A stretch of DNA of 53,538 nt from Basidiobolus meristosporus CBS 931.73 (Eukaryota > Fungi > Basidiobolomycota), in the NCBI GenBank assembly GCA_002104905.1, contig MCFE01000606.1, positions 1 through 53,538 of the forward strand. Reading direction: 5' to 3'. This document shows, in pieces, positions 21,715 to 32,652 of this stretch; position 1 is the stretch's first letter; each line of letters starts with the position of its first letter. The position numbers and the translations under genes were made by a program. The notes beneath the pieces were generated by a model. That model did no database searches and was not told where the DNA came from. It saw nothing but the letters and a program-made list of their open reading frames with translations.

Positions 21715-22092
21715 TGTGAGTACTAAATGCAGTACCCACTCTTTGCCCAAGAGTTCTCCCCAGAGTCCTACCCAAGGTCCCCCAGTACCCTCCCTATGAT
21801 TCTCCAATGCGCCCTCCCTCCTATCCCTGCCCTTATCTAGTTAGAACACTTACCATAACAGGAAGGTGTTCACACCCCTATTTTATAACACATTTTCTAT
21901 TATCTAAGCCCCCAAGTGATATATATATATCTACCCAATTGAACCAAGTGGGAGGACAAGAAGATATGGGACAGAATAATCACAAGTCTTTATTACCTTG
22001 CTACCTTCTATTGGAAGCTATTCTGAACCAAGTTTTACTGACTTGACCTACAAGCTCTCCCACTTGCCAAGTACAGTCAGTAATACCCCACA
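21715..22092 (+). repeat. Z 3' LTR
   Basis: TGTGAGT...ACCCCACA, 378-bp direct repeat of 11585-11962. Confidence 0.92.
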
Positions 22093-22847
22093 CAATCAAC
22101 CTTCTGTGGTGTAACACCCAACAGTAAGAGGACACATACTGCTTGCCAGAAGACACATATTGTAATAGAAGAAGATGAGGACCCTCACAATATACACCCC
22201 AACATTTGGAGCTGCTCATTAGGTATAGAGGAGCAGACGGCTATGGTTTGAACAAAATACAAGACAGTAGAACAGAAGATTAGACCAGCACTTACACCTT
22301 TGACTGATGGATCTTGAGCTGCTGATTACATTAGACCACCAGAAGAAACACCAGAAGATATACAACTTAAACCTGAGAGACTTAAGCAACTTATCATTGG
22401 TGATGGAAACCTAACACCAGAGGAGAAACAATTATTTGAAGGGACCTTGAAAAGGCATGGTAAGGCTTTCTCATATGATGACAAGGAGATGGGACTCTTA
22501 AAGACATCAGTTGAAAACCTATCAAGTTTCATACAGTGCCCCACACACCCTGGTCATTTAAGCCTTACCAACTGCCCAGAGGACTCCAAGCTGATGTCCA
22601 TGCCCTACATAAGAAGAAGATAGAAGCTGGTATCCTAGAACCTTGCCATGAATCTTATGCAAACAGATGGTTTGTGACCAAAAAGAAGAATGGAAAGCTC
22701 CAATTCATTCCAGACATGCAACCTACAAATGCTGTCACTATCAGAGATGCTGCTATACCTCCATCTATTGATGACTTTGCAGAAAGCTTTAGTGGCCACT
22801 CCATCTACTAAACATACAGTCTCTACTCAGGAAATGATCAGATCCCC
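22093..22847 (+). pseudogene. pol: X copy 1 pol continuation (PR-RT linker and RT N-terminus), truncated
   Basis: TKYKTVEQKIRP, LTPEEKQLF..HGKAFSYDDKEMGLL, YANRWFVTKKKNGKL..DMQPTNAVTIRDA, YSGNDQIP. Confidence 0.85.
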
Positions 22848-24660
22848 AGCTTAGCAAGTTCATTCTTGAGCATCTGGAAGGCAGTTTCACAAGCTATGTC
22901 CCACTTGTAGGTATTGTCTTTCTTGAGGATATCAGTTAAAGGGGCTGCAATACTTGCAAAGGACTTGACAAATCTCCAATAATGGTAAACCATTCCAAGG
23001 AATGATCTGAGCTCTGATATGCTATGGGGCTGCTTCAGACTCTTGATAACTTCAACCTTCTTAGCATCTAAGGTTACTCCTGTGCTAGTCACTATGTGTC
23101 CCAGATATTCAAGTTGTTCCTTGAAGAATTCACACTAGGGTAACTTGCTATAAAGCTTGTTCTCTCTTAGCTTCTTCAAGACCTTTTCAATGTGCACCAA
23201 GTGATCCTCTTCTGTCTTGCTGTGTATCAATATATCATCTAGGTAGATTACAACAAACTTATCTAAGTACTCCTGGAAGATAGTCTGCATCAGGGTCATG
23301 AATGTTGCAGGGGCATTGGTGAGGCAAATACTCATGACTAAGTACTTGTAATGTCCATATCTGGTCCTGAATACTGTCTTAGGGATGTGTTCTAGCTTCA
23401 CCCTAATCTGGTTGCATCCTGACATGAGGTCAATCTTGCTGAAAATAGTGGCTCCATGGAGTTGGTCCAAGAGCTCATCAATCCAAGGTATGGGGTACTT
23501 ATTCTCAACAGTAACTGAGTTGAGGGCTTTGTAGTCAATGCACATCCTAAGTGTTCCATCCTTCTTCTTCACAAAAAGTACTGGTGCTCCCCAAGGTGAC
23601 TTGCTGGGTCTGATATATCCTTGCTCCAGTAACTGATCTATATGTCTCTTTATCTCTTCCAACTCCAATGGACTCATTCTGTAAGGTGTCTTACTCACCG
23701 GAGGGCTATCTCCTGTTTCAATGGCATGATCCACATCTCTGACCTGCGGTAGGCTTACAAGCACTGCTGGAAATACATCTGAATACTCCATCAAAAGAGT
23801 CTGGACCTTCTGGGGTACTGGAGTAGAGGATTCCTCCTGTAATACTGCCATGTGGAGCATCTGGGTGCCTTTTCTTAGTGCTATACAGAACTGTGTCTTG
23901 CAAAGTTCACTTGTCTCACACACACTTGAATTGACCAAGTTAAAATCCAGTCTGGCAGGTAATAGCTCATAGGTCTTGTTGTTGTTCTTGATCTGAGTAG
24001 CATGGATTCTGCAGTTGATTGATGGATTACAACAAAGTAGCCAGGTTTTCCCAAGTACAAGGTTAAACTTGCAGTTCCCAAATATATAGGCCTGTAGATC
24101 TTCTTCATAGTCATTGACCTTCACCCTTACTGGCTGAGTAAACAGCTGGTGGCAATTGAAGCAGAGTCCTTTCTTTTCACATTCTTCTGACGTAGGATTT
24201 TTCTGCATTGCAACTATTTCCATTGGCACTGCTTCTGATTGTCTTCTTTCATAGCAGTTGTAGCCTCTCTGATTAGTCACTGTGGGCTTCCCAACTCCAA
24301 ACATAGCTGTGTCATAGTCAATGCCAATTGTGATGGCTTCTTCAATAGTCTGAGTTCTTGATAATTTACCTCCTAACAAGTTCTTTCTTTCAAACCATCA
24401 ACAAAGTATTCAACTTGATCCAGAGGGTCCATTCTTTCAATGTGCCCAAGTAGACATCTATATTCATAGATGTACTCTTAGACCATCCCTTTCTGTCTGA
24501 GTTTCTTCAACTTTCTTCTTAGCAGTGTCTTTTGGTGTGGGGGCTTAAAGGCATCCTGAATTGCCAACACAAACTCATCTCAGGTAGAGATTGTAGAGTA
24601 TCCCATCATGGAGGCTGACCTGATCTTATTGTGGTACCACAGTAAAGCTGTGTCTGCCAG
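22847..24660 (-). pseudogene. G1 internal fragment (gag to RT) with an internal deletion removing the protease
   Basis: High similarity to 2520-4670. 414-aa fused ORF joins CFNCHQ to LFTQPV. Contains YLDDILI. Probably belongs with the reverse LTR at 6556. Confidence 0.9.
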
Positions 24661-25990
24661 GGTGATTATAATGACTATGAGTTATTGAGTAAATGCCCTG
24701 GATCTCACACACTTGACAGCAATATTGTCTATTGTGACTGGAAAAACCAGCTATCTTGCTGATGGCTGGGGTATCTCCAATGCAGATAGTAATATGCACT
24801 TTTACATGATGGCCAATTATTGTTATCCTGCAGTTAAGCATACAAAATTCATTTAGCAATGGATACAGGAAGCTATTCAAGCTGCAGAGTGATTTAGGCC
24901 CAGATACCAGTGAGACTACCATCATACTATTGCTCTGATACTGTAAAATTGGCAGCAAATTCTGATTGATGAGAATCAGTGGCCAGCAGGATTTGCTGGT
25001 AGAGTACTTGTTAAACAAGAATCCATCAAGTGCTTAAGTAAAGGTGTAACCATAGATACCTTCAAAGTAGCCTTTGCTTCTTAGCTGTTTGCAATGTTTG
25101 CCATCAAATATATTAGATACTTTTACACTTGATTGATACTGAGTGTGGTACTGTATAGCTTTGCAATATTTGTTGGACTGCATCAGCTTCCTCAAATGGG
25201 GTATGACCAGAATATATCTGGAGTGTTAACAATGTTTTCCCTCAATGGTGGTGGATTCCTAGCCATTTGGACACATTGCAATGGTAGCATTTTTTGATGT
25301 GAATGCCATGCAACTGTTAACACATACTGGAATCAGGACAGTCTCTAGATCATATGTTGCCAGCCGCAGGATGGTTGATCACTTGTACCATGTACATGGT
25401 AAGTAGCATCCTGGTATAATTTTGGCAAGAAGCGGCAATAAATCCTCAAAGCCCCCATTACTTATATTAGTTAAAAAGTGCCACTTCCTTAGCCACAAAT
25501 ATACATCATTGTCCAGTAGATGGATTACTGGGCTCACTTGGCTCCATAAAGTATCCTTGGCATTTGTTTCAATGGGTGTTGTCTCATTGCATATAGGGAT
25601 TTGACCAGGCTCATACATGGTACTGATCTTATGGGAGATAGGCTCAAAATCCAGCAGTGAACCTTCTTTGTCTGAGCTACCACTCTGCATGCCATACTCA
25701 GAAGGCTGAGGCAAGCCTAAAGGCGTCACATACCCACCTCACTCAGTTTGCACAAGGTGATAAAGATGGCCAGGTGCTGATACGGAAGTATTTACTGGCT
25801 GGCAAGATAATGTTGGTACAGTAGTGACCAATCAATGGTCAAATATGACTTGGGTGGCAAAACACTGGCCATGATCCTAGTAATACTTCCTAAGCTGTCT
25901 GCATGCTTCTTGGCTGAGAGGCTTGCCTCAATAGCCAAATGGTCTTTTTTCTCTTCTCTTACAGATTTGGGTCAAAGTAGTCTTCTTCAT
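24661..25990 (-). pseudogene. CACTA/EnSpm-like (Transposase_21/tnp2) transposase, decayed and 3'-truncated
   Basis: IFDGKHCKQL..DGF..KSCWPLILINQNLLP..VSGPKS..SFLYPL..CIGDTPAISKIAGF..CCQVC. N-terminal CP.C motif. Confidence 0.85.
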
Positions 25991-26211
25991 GGGCCAACAG
26001 TTTGACCTCTAACAATTAAATGCTATTATATCATCTGTTGGTCAATACTCATGTGAGCTTCAGACAGTCTTGTATTTAAGACATTGCACCTATATGAGTG
26101 TAAGATTCAATGATGACCTGCCGTAGTAAGCATTAAAAATAAAGTTGTGGCACCACATACACATGTGTATGTTACACTATTTCCCCTATGGTTTGACTCA
26201 CTTCCATATAT

Positions 26212-28367
26212 ATGCCACCAAAAAATAAAGCAAAGTTGTCTGGTACCCAACTAACCCCCCCTGCAGGTGGCAGCAGAAGAATGGTTGGACAACAGCTTGC
26301 TTTGACATTCAGTGCAACAAGCAGGGCTACAACCAAAAAAAGCCCTGTGGACAGTGTGCCCATTGAAGGTAAAATGCAGACTCCTCAGGCTCTCAGTCAA
26401 GTAGGCAATTGAGAACCTTGGTGGAGCCACAAGCTGATCATATGCTCAGGCAGATGAGAATGTGGCAAATGCAATACCCTCAGTTGAAGACCAGCAAGTG
26501 GCCATGATAACATCACCTCCACCCATATTAGCAAGTATATTGTCAGCTCATACCAAAGCATTAATAAAGCAATTTGGTTCACTGGCTGATAGGATAGATG
26601 TGATGGTCCAGAGAAGTCAGGAAATAGTCCACAAGCAGGATGAGTAGATAATATGTGTAGAGTAATCAATATCCCAGGTAGAAAATGCAGTATCTTTGCT
26701 GCAAAGAAGGGACTCAAATAGCTCAATGTCATTGCTAAGAGCTGAGCCATCTCCCAATGTAGCAGCAGAGGATCACTGTACAGTCTTTAAAGCACAACAA
26801 CAGTGCCCAAAGATAATGCCCACAGAAAAGCCTATCACAGTGTGGGAGGGAGACAATGTGGTGTTTATACCAAAGATTAAAATCAAAAGACATTGAAGAT
26901 CTGTGAAGCCACTGAGTGCAATAATGAAGAGTGGGCTAATATTTGGGGGCCATCAGAAGTCTAGCACAGGATTACCTTAAGGCTGGCATACCATGGAACC
27001 ATAATGAACTCAAGGCCAAGCAGAATGCACTTGACTTGTTCCATGGGCATTATCCCGGATTCAAATGGGCAAACAGAGTTTGGGCCAGCATTGGTATGCT
27101 CAGAAAGTATCTCAAGAATAGCAGAAACTATCAGCGACAGAAGAACAAGGGTGCCATGGCAAAAAACCAGCAGCTTCCTCAAGAGCCTGTTACAAGCAGG
27201 GCCAAAAGCTCCAGACAAGCTTCAAAGAGACATCAGGTAGCTGGAAGAGTGCTGATAAGGGACAAACAGGCACACATGGATGCACCAGCACAACATTTAT
27301 CAAGGAAAAAGCATAGTGCTGCTCAAGAAGCACCCAGTCAAAGTAGCAGTGACAGACCTGTTAGTGACAATAACCAGCCGCTTTTGCAGGAGCCTATCTC
27401 AACTACAGTTTAGAACTCAAAACAGGCAGAAAAGACAGGTCAGGTTGCCAGAAGAGTGCCACTAAGGGACAAGCAGGCCAAAACAGAGGCGTTTGAGCCA
27501 ATTTTATTCAGGAGGAAACATAGATCTTTACGACAAGCACTCAGACAATGTAGCAGTGAACAACCTGGCAGTAAAAAGGAAAAGGTAAGGGAAAAATGTT
27601 TACCCAAGCTTGAGATAAGGAAGCATGCAAAAAAGCTGCAATTCTTGCCAATTAACACCGCAAGCCAGGAACAGACTGAATCCCATCATAGCCAAGAAGA
27701 ATTACTAACAAGAAAACAACTGTTTACACAAGAGTTGGAAGCACAGCCAGTTGAGCTACACTCCAGCAAGGTGAAAGAGTTTTCTGAAAAAGCTAATAAT
27801 TTGTCTACCATAGCCTCCACATCCTCCATTTTTGACAGAGTGGAGATCCCACTGACAGACAAGGCTACAACATCAAGAGCTCAAAAGACTATCACAATGC
27901 CTTCAGTGGAATTTTGGAATATTAATAGGCCCATTAAGAGGTTGCAGCACATCTTCAAGAGCAGTGCGCAAGAATATGCACTGGAATATTGCAAGGATCT
28001 ATTGCAAAGACTGGCAGATGAGGTGCTAGACCTTGCAGTGCTGGCTGAATACCAGGAGGTGTGGGAACCAGTGAATGAACAGTGGCATAAAGCTGTTGGG
28101 TTTCTGCCAAAGTTGTGGAACCAGAGCACTGCAGCAGAAATACATATTTGGTGGTGGATTTTAATGGAGTTACTTGTAGAGTGTGGGATTGGGCTTAATG
28201 TAAATGTAGAGTATAGGGACTTGTATATGTGTTTTGTTGAGACAAAACTTGGCAAGTTTGAGAATTTGTTTGTAAGAAAAAAGATTAATTTCCATGATGC
28301 ATGGGGGGTAAGGAATGGAGAATGCGTTTTAAAAAAATATTCTATTAGTTTGTGGCAGAGTATCTAA
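26212..28367 (+). pseudogene. Unknown ORF2 of the CACTA-like element, divergent from the transposase
   Basis: Collinear broken ORFs from MPPKNK to ..SLWQSI. Conserved block AIRSLAQDYLKAGIPW..ALDLFHGHYPGFKWANRVWASIGMLRKYLKNSR. Two 207-bp internal repeats (27167, 27374). Four more copies in the window. Confidence 0.72.
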
Positions 28368-29613
28368 AGCAAACAAATTTGTTGCCAATCATGTATGCAT
28401 TTTTGTGTTCATGAATACGTTCACATATACCGCAATAGGTTGTTTTGGTGTGGTTTAAAGTAACCAGACAGTGGTACAACTGAAGTTTTGATGGAAATGA
28501 ATCAATTTGTATGCATGAAAAAAAAGAAATAGTTGAGTCAGGAAGTAAGGAATGTAAAAAAGAGGCAATAGTCAAACAATGCCCACAAATGTAGGAGGCA
28601 ATAGTGTGTCCAGGATCAGAAAGTGAGCAAATTGGCAGGAAACCAATCAAAACCCACATATACATAGTTGTGATGAAAAGTTTTGATTAAGTTTTTGTGA
28701 AATCTGGGGTGCAATTATTTTTCAATGGTCTCTGGACAGTGACCTGGTGGGATCAGTACCTCTTAGTCATGGTACTTTAGCTTTGTGACAGCCTTTTGAT
28801 GAGATCATTGCAATAATTTTTCATAAGGAAATTTTAGTAATATTTTCAACTAGTGCCAAATAGCTTGGACTATCATGTTACTCTTTTAGCTTAGCATCAT
28901 CATTGTGTAACTCTACAAAGACCTAAACACTGGGCTTCTTTGAGGATAAAGATCATTCAACAGTTATCCTTATTTCTTAACAAGTGCCTTATATTTAGAC
29001 ACCCAATTTGTTGCAACAGCTAACTATACAAAGCATTGGATTTCTTGTTATTAGCACTTAGTAAAGTCATTTATTCAGGTGAAAAAGCTGGATATACAAC
29101 ACTCAATATGCCATAACAGCATCAGGCACTAGCACCTAACTTTTTCAACTTTCCTAGTGATGGCTTAGGGTATTTTTAAGCTTGTCAACAATGTTTGTTT
29201 GAAATTTTGTGTCACAACCACCAATCTCAGAGATGTCAAACAATACAATGATCAGTTGTGACCCAATCTCTTCAATGCTAAGACAAACGGCTTTGATGAT
29301 GACTCAATCACTGTCAACATACCATATGCCTGCTCATCATGACACTCAAATTTATGGTCTTTCTGGAATAGCTGAGGAAGTGACTTATCAACTTGTTCAT
29401 AGCTTGGGATCCAAATTTCAAATACATCACCAACTCCTGACAGTTGTATGACTTGACAAATATTGCACTGTATCTCCCAACTTACCACTAATAATATATA
29501 TGCAGGATCAGAAAACATCCATTTTTAGTATCATGTTTGCCAAGAGTTACTTGGTATTTGCAGCTAAACTCAAATTCAACTTCAACAAAGTCAGACCAGT
29601 GGCTTGTAGTATC

Positions 29614-30355
29614 TGGTGGAATACAAGAACTGCTTTGTGTACAAGGAACTCATCAGGAAATAATGATAATAGTTGAACTGTTTATTTATTGTAAAACAGC
29701 TCAGTATTTACACTTTTGTAGGAGTAATAGAAATGTAACACTAAGTAAGGAGGGTTTCTCAACATTCAGGTGCATTATGTAACAGTTTCATGGCTATTAC
29801 ATAGTGTTTGGTAAAATTGCTTATTTGATTTTGAATATGGGGGAATAATCATTGGAACATATGTCAGAAAGAAAATAGCAAAGATAGGTCTCAAAATCAG
29901 TCATACATTGACAAAGATTAGTCCAGAATTGTTAAGTAAGTTTTAGCTGCTGATTGATATTGTTACAAGTCTTGGTATAAGAGTTGTGGAGGAATAGGGA
30001 GTTTAGCTAGTATTGTATTCACTAAAACTTGAACTGATTTTTATTGAGGTTCCAGCAGCTCCTTATATACATTTTGCCAGATCAATTGCTGACTAATTGT
30101 ATTTCCTAATGTAGGTTGTGGCTGATGACTCATCTGATTGCATCATCATCACCCAATAAGATCCTACTTTATATATCTATTTCTGTCTGATAAGGATCTG
30201 CTGATTCATTTGGTGACTAATGCTACTGATTTCATAGATAATACTGATATACTGATAACCTAAAACATATACTAGTTGATTTGACTAAAAACTGATTTAA
30301 CTTAAACATTCAAGCGGCAGATCATAACAATATCAAATAGTCAAATGTTTTAATA
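29614..30355 (-). repeat. Old copia-family solo LTR interrupted by a G1 solo LTR
   Basis: Degenerate alignment to the 369-bp copia LTR. Approximate TSD GTATC / GTATA. Confidence 0.75.
29961..30329 (-). repeat. G1 solo LTR
   Basis: Full reverse complement of 1554-1921, flanked by ATAT on both sides (4-bp TSD). Confidence 0.93.
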
Positions 30356-30379
30356 GTATATCTATGTGATTAGAACTTG

Positions 30380-30690
30380 TATAATTAGTAGGATTTCTAG
30401 CTAATGAAATACAACTCTGATTTTCCTCCAGAATACATATAGGCTCTTCTGATTAAAGCCTAAATCTTTGATTTGTTTTTATTACCTTGTTGCACCTTGG
30501 TTGCTTGACAAGCTGTCATATCTTCAGCTTCAGTTGTGGATGGGGTCTCAGTCAGTTATTTCTTGCAGTTCTGAATAATAGCTGCACCAGCATATAAAAA
30601 ACATACCCAATGGTAGATTGTCTGTTATTTAGATCCCTACCAAAATGTGAATCCCTAGAGCCATTAGATTTACTCCTATAGTTGCTTCAA
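30380..30690 (-). pseudogene. Degenerate copia RNase H remnant
   Basis: Nucleotide similarity to 32790-33090 (e.g. ATTAGTAGGATTTCTAGCTAATGAAATACAAC). Confidence 0.7.
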
Positions 30691-30789
30691 AGTATTGCAG
30701 AACTATATCAATAATACCTTGCAGATATCTGAAGATTTACTTAACTGTTGCAATTTGATTGGATCCAAGAATTTTCATGAGTGTACTCA

Positions 30790-32200
30790 AGAGCGTGTAG
30801 AAGACATGGTCAAAAACTCCATACAACCATCAATGAGCCATCTGGTAGCTGGATCAGTCCCCTCAAGGGACAAGCAGCCATACACAGATGCACCAGCACA
30901 GCATTTATCAGGCAAAAGTGTAGTTCCATTTAAGAAGCACTCAGTAAAAGTAGCAGTGAAGGACCCTGCAGTGATAAAAACCAGCTGCTTCTTCAAGAGC
31001 CCATTACAATTAAGGCTGAAGGCTCAAAATAGGTGGCAAGGAAATGTAGGGTTGCCAGAAAAGCACCATTAAGAAATAATTGGACAAAGACTGATGCACC
31101 AGTGCATCTTTTTTCATGCAGAAAAGGTAATTCAATATAAGAAGCACTCATAGGATGTGCAGTGAAAGACCTGACATTGATAAAGGTAAAGGAAAGCAAA
31201 AAAGGCCTACCCAATCTAGAGACAGGAATGAACAAGTAGGAATCTGCAGCCTTTTCCTGGTAATACTTTAAGCCAAGGTCAGGCAGCATACCATTATAGC
31301 CAAGAAGCATCACTAACACAACAAAAGCTGTTTACTCAAGAGTTGAATGTGCAGGCGGCTAAGCTAAACACTAGCAATGTGGATGAGCTTGCAGAGAAAA
31401 GCTATTCATTGGCCACAGTTTCCATATCCTTCATTGTAGAAAAAATTGCAATCCCACTGACTGACAAAGCAATAACATTTGGAACTTGAAAGACTACTGC
31501 CATGCCTACAGTCAGGTTCCCAGTCAATAACTGGCACCGCAAAAGGCTAAAGCACTTCTTCAAGAACTGTGCCCAAGCAAATGCATCTGAATATTACAAG
31601 GGTTTATTAAAAAAACTGGCAGATGAGATGTTAAAGCTTGCAGTGCTGGCTGAAGACCTAGGCATATGGGAACTGGTAAATGAACAATGACATCATGCTG
31701 TAGGGATGCCACCAGACTGATAGAAATAGGGTGTTTAGGGGGGAATAACTATTAAATGATGTATATCAATGGAGTTATATGTTAAGTGTGAGGTAGGGGT
31801 TGATGTTGGTATAGGGTGTAGGAACTAATATAGGTCAATACAGCTTGAAATTGAGTTACAATTAAAGATTGAGAGGAATTAGTCCAAGTTAAATTCATGA
31901 AATGTAACAGTATTGTTTAGTCCTCAACTAAAGAGCAAAACAACAGGCAATAGCCAATCAATGTTCACAAATGTAGGAGGTGATTAAGGGTTTGGGATCA
32001 GAAAGTGATAGAACTGGCAAACTACCATTCAAAGGCTGCCTAAGTATCTTTGTGATGAAAATTTTGGCTCATGTCTTATGAAACCTGGGGTGTATTATCT
32101 TTCAATAGTTTCTGCATAATATACTGATGGGATCAATGCTTCTTAGTTGCAGAGCTTTAAATTTGTGACAGCCTTTTGATGTGACCATTGCAATTATCGT
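30790..32200 (+). pseudogene. Partial CACTA-like ORF2 copy plus 3' flank
   Basis: Similar to 27190-28820: both internal repeats, the IPLTDKA..LADEML block and GACAGCCTTTTGAT. Confidence 0.72.
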
Positions 32201-32652
32201 TAACAGGGCATCTTAGATTGCATTGACACAGATTTTGTTGCAATTTAAGAAGTGAATTGGATATAAGGAACTTATCAAGAAATAGTGATAACAGTTGAAC
32301 CGTGGTTTATTCATAAAGAAGCTCAGTATTTATACCTTTGTAGAAGTACTACAGCTGCAACACTAAGTAGGGAGGGTTTCTCAATATTCAGGAGCATTCT
32401 GTAACAGTTTCAGGGTTAGTACATAATGTTTGGTAATAGTGCTAATTTGACCCTGACTATAGGGGAATAATCATAAGATCATATATCTGGAGAAAGTGGC
32501 AAAGTTAAGGCAGTAAATGAGTCCTACAGTGAATAAGACTAGTCTAGAATTGTTAAGTAAATTTTTAGCTGCTGAATGATACCAAATAGTCCAATATTTT
32601 GACACTCCCCCTCAACTAAATAATTTCTTAATCCCAATTTCTCTCTGAGGAT

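Larger units (their letters stand above)
11585..22092 (+). mobile_element. Ty3/gypsy Z with both LTRs; pol largely deleted; hosts element Y and PHIS copy 2
   Basis: 378-bp LTRs at 11585-11962 and 21715-22092, TSD CAGTC / CAATC. The X reading frame resumes across the insertion (GLQS|TFCG..TKYKTVEQKIRP). Confidence 0.88.

Noticed and set aside
28851-28855. TAGTG as the CACTA terminus
   Set aside because: It is plausibly placed after ORF2, but it is not reproduced in the other copies, and no partner end or TSD is available.
28860-29610. Possible coding remnant (88-aa minus-strand ORF 29252-29518)
   Set aside because: Only a vague resemblance to copia RT, and its position is inconsistent with the neighbouring RNase H fragment. 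Left unassigned.
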